Of a stretch of DNA of 32,000 nucleotides, positions 29,388 to 32,000 are shown piece after piece. The stretch comes from Trichlorobacter lovleyi SZ (GTDB lineage Bacteria; Desulfobacterota; Desulfuromonadia; Geobacterales; Pseudopelobacteraceae). Position 1 is the first letter of the stretch. The number at the start of each line of letters is the position of its first letter. The stretch is taken from the NCBI RefSeq assembly GCF_000020385.1, contig NC_010814.1, forward strand, positions 2,910,001 to 2,942,000, in the 5' to 3' direction. The notes under the pieces were generated by a model, which saw nothing but the letters and a program-made list of their open reading frames with translations, was not told the DNA's origin and searched no databases. The translations under genes and the position numbers were made by a program.

Positions 29388-30370
29388 CCATGCGTTACCT
29401 ATTGCTCTGCCTGGCACTGTTTGCCGTCACCCCGTTGGCTCAGGCCGCCCCGCGGGAATTGACCCTTTTCCCCGATGCCAGCCTGATTGAGGTTGAGGTG
29501 GCGGCAAAAAAGGGGAGTGCAGAGTTTTCATTCCCGCTGCCGATCAGAGAGGGCACCCTGCGGGTAAAACCGCTGGACAGCAGCAGCACGATCGGGCGCG
29601 TGGAACTGTTTCCCTTCAGGACGCCTGACAGGCTGCAAAAGGAACTGGACAATCTGACTGAACAGAAAAACCGCCTTGAAGACCGGCTGAAGGCCCTTGA
29701 CACCCGCGAAGACATCTTTGCCGCTGCAGCAAAATCACAAAGTTCCAAGGCCCCCCGCAAGACCAAGAGCAATCCCGACCCGCTGACATCGGTGCGCCAG
29801 GGTACCGACTTTGCCATTGCCCAGCTGGAAGCGGTCTTTACGGCCCGCCGCCGTACCGAACAGGAGCTGAAAAAGGTTGTGACGCGACTGGCGGCTCTGC
29901 AGAAAACGGCCCTTGGCGGGCCAACATTGCGCGTATCGGTATCACCGGCAACAAGCCGCATCAGAATCGCCGCCATACTGAAAGAGGGCGGCTGGACTCC
30001 ACACTACGAGATCCGCATCCAGGGGACTGGCAATGCTCAGGTGACACTGGCAGCAGACAACCGCGCGTCGCTCCCTGATGGCTATACAGTTTCGGCCACC
30101 GCAGCAGCACTGAGCGCAGGCCAACCACGACAGACCTATCCATTCTCCGCCAGCGGCGCGCCCCGCCTGTCGACATGGCAGTTGCTGGTGGAACAGGAAC
30201 AGGTCACAGCCGGACCGCTGCCCGCTTTTTCCCTTACCATAAAAAACACGACCACCCTGCCACTGCCAGCCGGCAAGGCTGCGCTCTACTATGCCGGCGA
30301 ATACCTTGGCACCACCGACTTTTCCGCTGTGGCAGCCGGAGCCTCCGCCACACTGACAGGCCCCAAATAA
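29384..30370 (+). CDS. Secreted protein, DUF4139/MuiA-like (tentative)
   Basis: 328 aa, with an ATGA overlap with the EVE gene. The signal peptide is MTMRYLLLCLALFAVTPLAQA, there is a central coiled coil (RLQKELDNLTEQKNRLEDRLKAL), and GGWTPHYEIRI resembles the W-x-P-x-Y-D/E-hydrophobic-R motif of DUF4139 proteins. The protein is shorter than typical family members. Confidence 0.5.
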   Translation: MTMRYLLLCLALFAVTPLAQAAPRELTLFPDASLIEVEVAAKKGSAEFSFPLPIREGTLRVKPLDSSSTIGRVELFPFRTPDRLQKELDNLTEQKNRLEDRLKALDTREDIFAAAAKSQSSKAPRKTKSNPDPLTSVRQGTDFAIAQLEAVFTARRRTEQELKKVVTRLAALQKTALGGPTLRVSVSPATSRIRIAAILKEGGWTPHYEIRIQGTGNAQVTLAADNRASLPDGYTVSATAAALSAGQPRQTYPFSASGAPRLSTWQLLVEQEQVTAGPLPAFSLTIKNTTTLPLPAGKAALYYAGEYLGTTDFSAVAAGASATLTGPK

Positions 30371-30408
30371 GTAAAGGCCGGCACCTTTTGCAAGGAACCG
30401 GCCTTTAC
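30371..30408. terminator. Hairpin between convergent genes
   Basis: GTAAAGGCCGG (30371-30381) pairs with CCGGCCTTTAC (30398-30408), with an inner CCTT-ttgc-AAGG. The T-rich tail (TTATTT) is only on the - strand reading. Confidence 0.55.
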
Positions 30409-30455
30409 TGCAGCTGACAGACAACCGCACTGCCAATTCTGGGGCAGGATTGGGA

Positions 30456-31463
30456 CTACTTCAGGAAGACCTCAATCTTGGCCTTCTTTTTGGCATCTTC
30501 CAACGTGGCATTAATTGCCTCAGTCACCTTTTTCCGCTTGAGTGAGTCAGCGATCTTGGCCTTGACTTCATCAAATGCAACCTTGGCTGCAGCCTTTTTC
30601 TCGGTCAGCTTGATGATATGATAGCCGAACTGGGTCTCTACCACACCGCTCACGTCACCCGGCTTCATGGCAAAGGCGGTCTCTTCAAACGGTTTTACCA
30701 TCTGACCCTTGCCGAAATACCCCAGATCCCCGCCCTGTTTGCTACTGGGGCAACCTGAGTTTTCCTGGGCCAGCTTGGCAAAATCAGCACCTGCCTTGAC
30801 CTGCTTGAGCAGATCTTCAATCTTCTCTTTGGCCTTCTTTTTGTCCGCGTCAGTTGCCTTGGCATCCAGTGTAATCAGGATATGGCTGGCACGCACCTGC
30901 TCCGGCTGGGTAAAGGTCTCGGGGTTTTTGTCATAAAACTCCTTCATCTCTGCATCTGTCACGACCTGTTTAGGCACAATCACCTGCTCAATATGGTTTT
31001 CAATAATCACATTGCGGCGAATCAGTTCACGCAGATCCTTTTCACTCAGTCCCTGCTCCTTCAGACCTTGCAGGTACTCATCATTTGTCTTGAAACGGGC
31101 CTTTAACTTGGTAACGGCATCATCAATCTTCTTATCCAGATCCTTGACCGGGGTAGCCTTGGCAACCTGATACATCAGTTCTCCGCCCAGCATCTGGTTC
31201 AGCAGGAACTGCTGCACTTCCTTCTCCTTACCGGGAGGCACCTGGGCTGCAGAAGGTGACTTGCTGAAGGCATTCAGCGCCTTCTGCAGATCCGCTGCAG
31301 GGATGGCAACGCCATTCACCCGTGCCACCGGGTCAGGCAACGAGTTGGTCTTTTCAACAGCAGCAGGAGCCGGCTTCTTCTCAGCAGCTCCTGCATCTGC
31401 ACTACCCAGCATGGCTACAGCTGCTGCCAGTACCGCAATGGTCAGACAACGGTTGAACATCAT
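30456..31463 (-). CDS. Secreted parvulin-type peptidyl-prolyl cis-trans isomerase (SurA/PrsA-like)
   Basis: The start is taken at MMFNRCLTIAVLAAAVAMLGSADA (signal peptide), with GGAG 11 nt upstream. The PpiC domain is RASHILI...GGDLGYFGKGQMVKPFEETAF...GVVETQFGYHIIK. The 19-aa extension to 31520 was rejected. Confidence 0.85.
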   Translation of the reverse strand: MMFNRCLTIAVLAAAVAMLGSADAGAAEKKPAPAAVEKTNSLPDPVARVNGVAIPAADLQKALNAFSKSPSAAQVPPGKEKEVQQFLLNQMLGGELMYQVAKATPVKDLDKKIDDAVTKLKARFKTNDEYLQGLKEQGLSEKDLRELIRRNVIIENHIEQVIVPKQVVTDAEMKEFYDKNPETFTQPEQVRASHILITLDAKATDADKKKAKEKIEDLLKQVKAGADFAKLAQENSGCPSSKQGGDLGYFGKGQMVKPFEETAFAMKPGDVSGVVETQFGYHIIKLTEKKAAAKVAFDEVKAKIADSLKRKKVTEAINATLEDAKKKAKIEVFLK

Positions 31464-31555
31464 AACAGTACAATCTCCTTTAGTGATGGTTTTGATTGAG
31501 AATGTATAACACGGCGTCAATCAAGGAAAAAGCGGATTTTTTTTAAGAATCATTT

Positions 31556-31584
31556 TTGACTTTTCAATTACTTTCGAGTACAGT
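31556..31584 (+). promoter_or_regulatory. Candidate sigma-70 promoter for the CheY-like gene
   Basis: TTGACT (31556-31561), a 17-nt spacer, then TACAGT (31579-31584). A CCTGCC-attc-GGCAGG hairpin (31599-31614) lies in the putative 5' UTR. Confidence 0.35.
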
Positions 31585-31647
31585 TCCGGCATACAAAACC
31601 TGCCATTCGGCAGGGCCACCAAAGCCACACTGGGAGGGAAGGTGTCT

Positions 31648-32000
31648 ATGAAGAAGGTGCTTGTCGTTGATGACAGCCTCTCCGTAACCCGCCAGCTGGA
31701 AAAGATCATAAATGATTCCGGCGATTTTGTCTGTGTCGGCCATGCAAAAAACGGGGCCGAGGCAATCAAGATGAACCATACGGAAGACCCTGACATTATC
31801 TGCATGGATATGAACATGCCCGGTATGGATGGTCTGACCGCCCTGCGCAGTCTGGTAATGCTGGACAAGGCAGTGCAGGTGGTAATGGTCACCTCCCTGG
31901 GGGGTGTCGGTGATAAGTTTACCGAGGCCATCAAACTTGGGGCAAAAAATGTTATTTCCAAGCCGTTTGAGACGGAAAACGTGCTGCGTATCCTGCGGGC
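31648..32000 (+). CDS. CheY-like response regulator receiver protein (3' end outside window)
   Basis: ATG 31648 follows GGGAGGGAAGG. The sequence is MKKVLVVDDSLSVTRQLEKII...IICMDMNMPGMDGLTAL...VVMVTSLG...SKPF. The frame is open to the window edge, so it is absent from the ORF track. Confidence 0.8.
   Translation, partial: MKKVLVVDDSLSVTRQLEKIINDSGDFVCVGHAKNGAEAIKMNHTEDPDIICMDMNMPGMDGLTALRSLVMLDKAVQVVMVTSLGGVGDKFTEAIKLGAKNVISKPFETENVLRILR

Overview
This is a GC-rich core chromosomal segment, and almost every gene is on the + strand. The genes are housekeeping operons, and many adjacent pairs share ATGA or GTGA start/stop overlaps. In order they are: rpsB (3' end)-tsf, pyrH-frr-uppS-cdsA-dxr-rseP-tsaB, sucCD, a receiver/HD-GYP response regulator, dnaE-accA, ybaN-like/rluB-like/asnS/DUF503, then a 7TM-HD hydrolase-ybeY-corC-lnt block. 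After that come prfB (with its programmed +1 frameshift), a SPOR+NlpC/P60 lipoprotein, DUF1015, an EVE-domain protein, a secreted DUF4139-like protein, a parvulin-type PPIase on the - strand, and a partial CheY-like gene at the window edge. Gene order and protein sequences resemble Geobacter-type Desulfuromonadales; that is my recollection, not a search result. I see no rRNA, tRNA, CRISPR array, transposase or recognisable defence genes.

Four things are not explained by ordinary gene calls:
- A hidden 70-codon ORF (17417-17629) is split by an in-frame TGA. The TGA sits in a Cys-x5-UGA motif between two hydrophobic helices and is followed by a SECIS-like hairpin with a GGUC loop. This is a candidate small membrane selenoprotein that length-filtered ORF tracks miss.
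- A ~120-nt intergenic element occurs twice (after dnaE and after DUF1015), with conserved blocks at identical spacing and a compensatory base-pair change in its central hairpin. This is a candidate structured RNA or repeat family.
- An A/T-rich ~1.4 kb stretch with few genes lies between sucD and the HD-GYP regulator (9540-10995). It contains tandem terminators, an ORF that looks truncated, a REP/MITE-like inverted repeat with a tandem duplication, three stacked hairpins, and two short ORFs preceded by Shine-Dalgarno (SD) sequences.
- The 7TM-HD gene and ybeY overlap by 101 nt.

The long antisense ORFs in the track are shadow frames of the GC-rich genes and were rejected.
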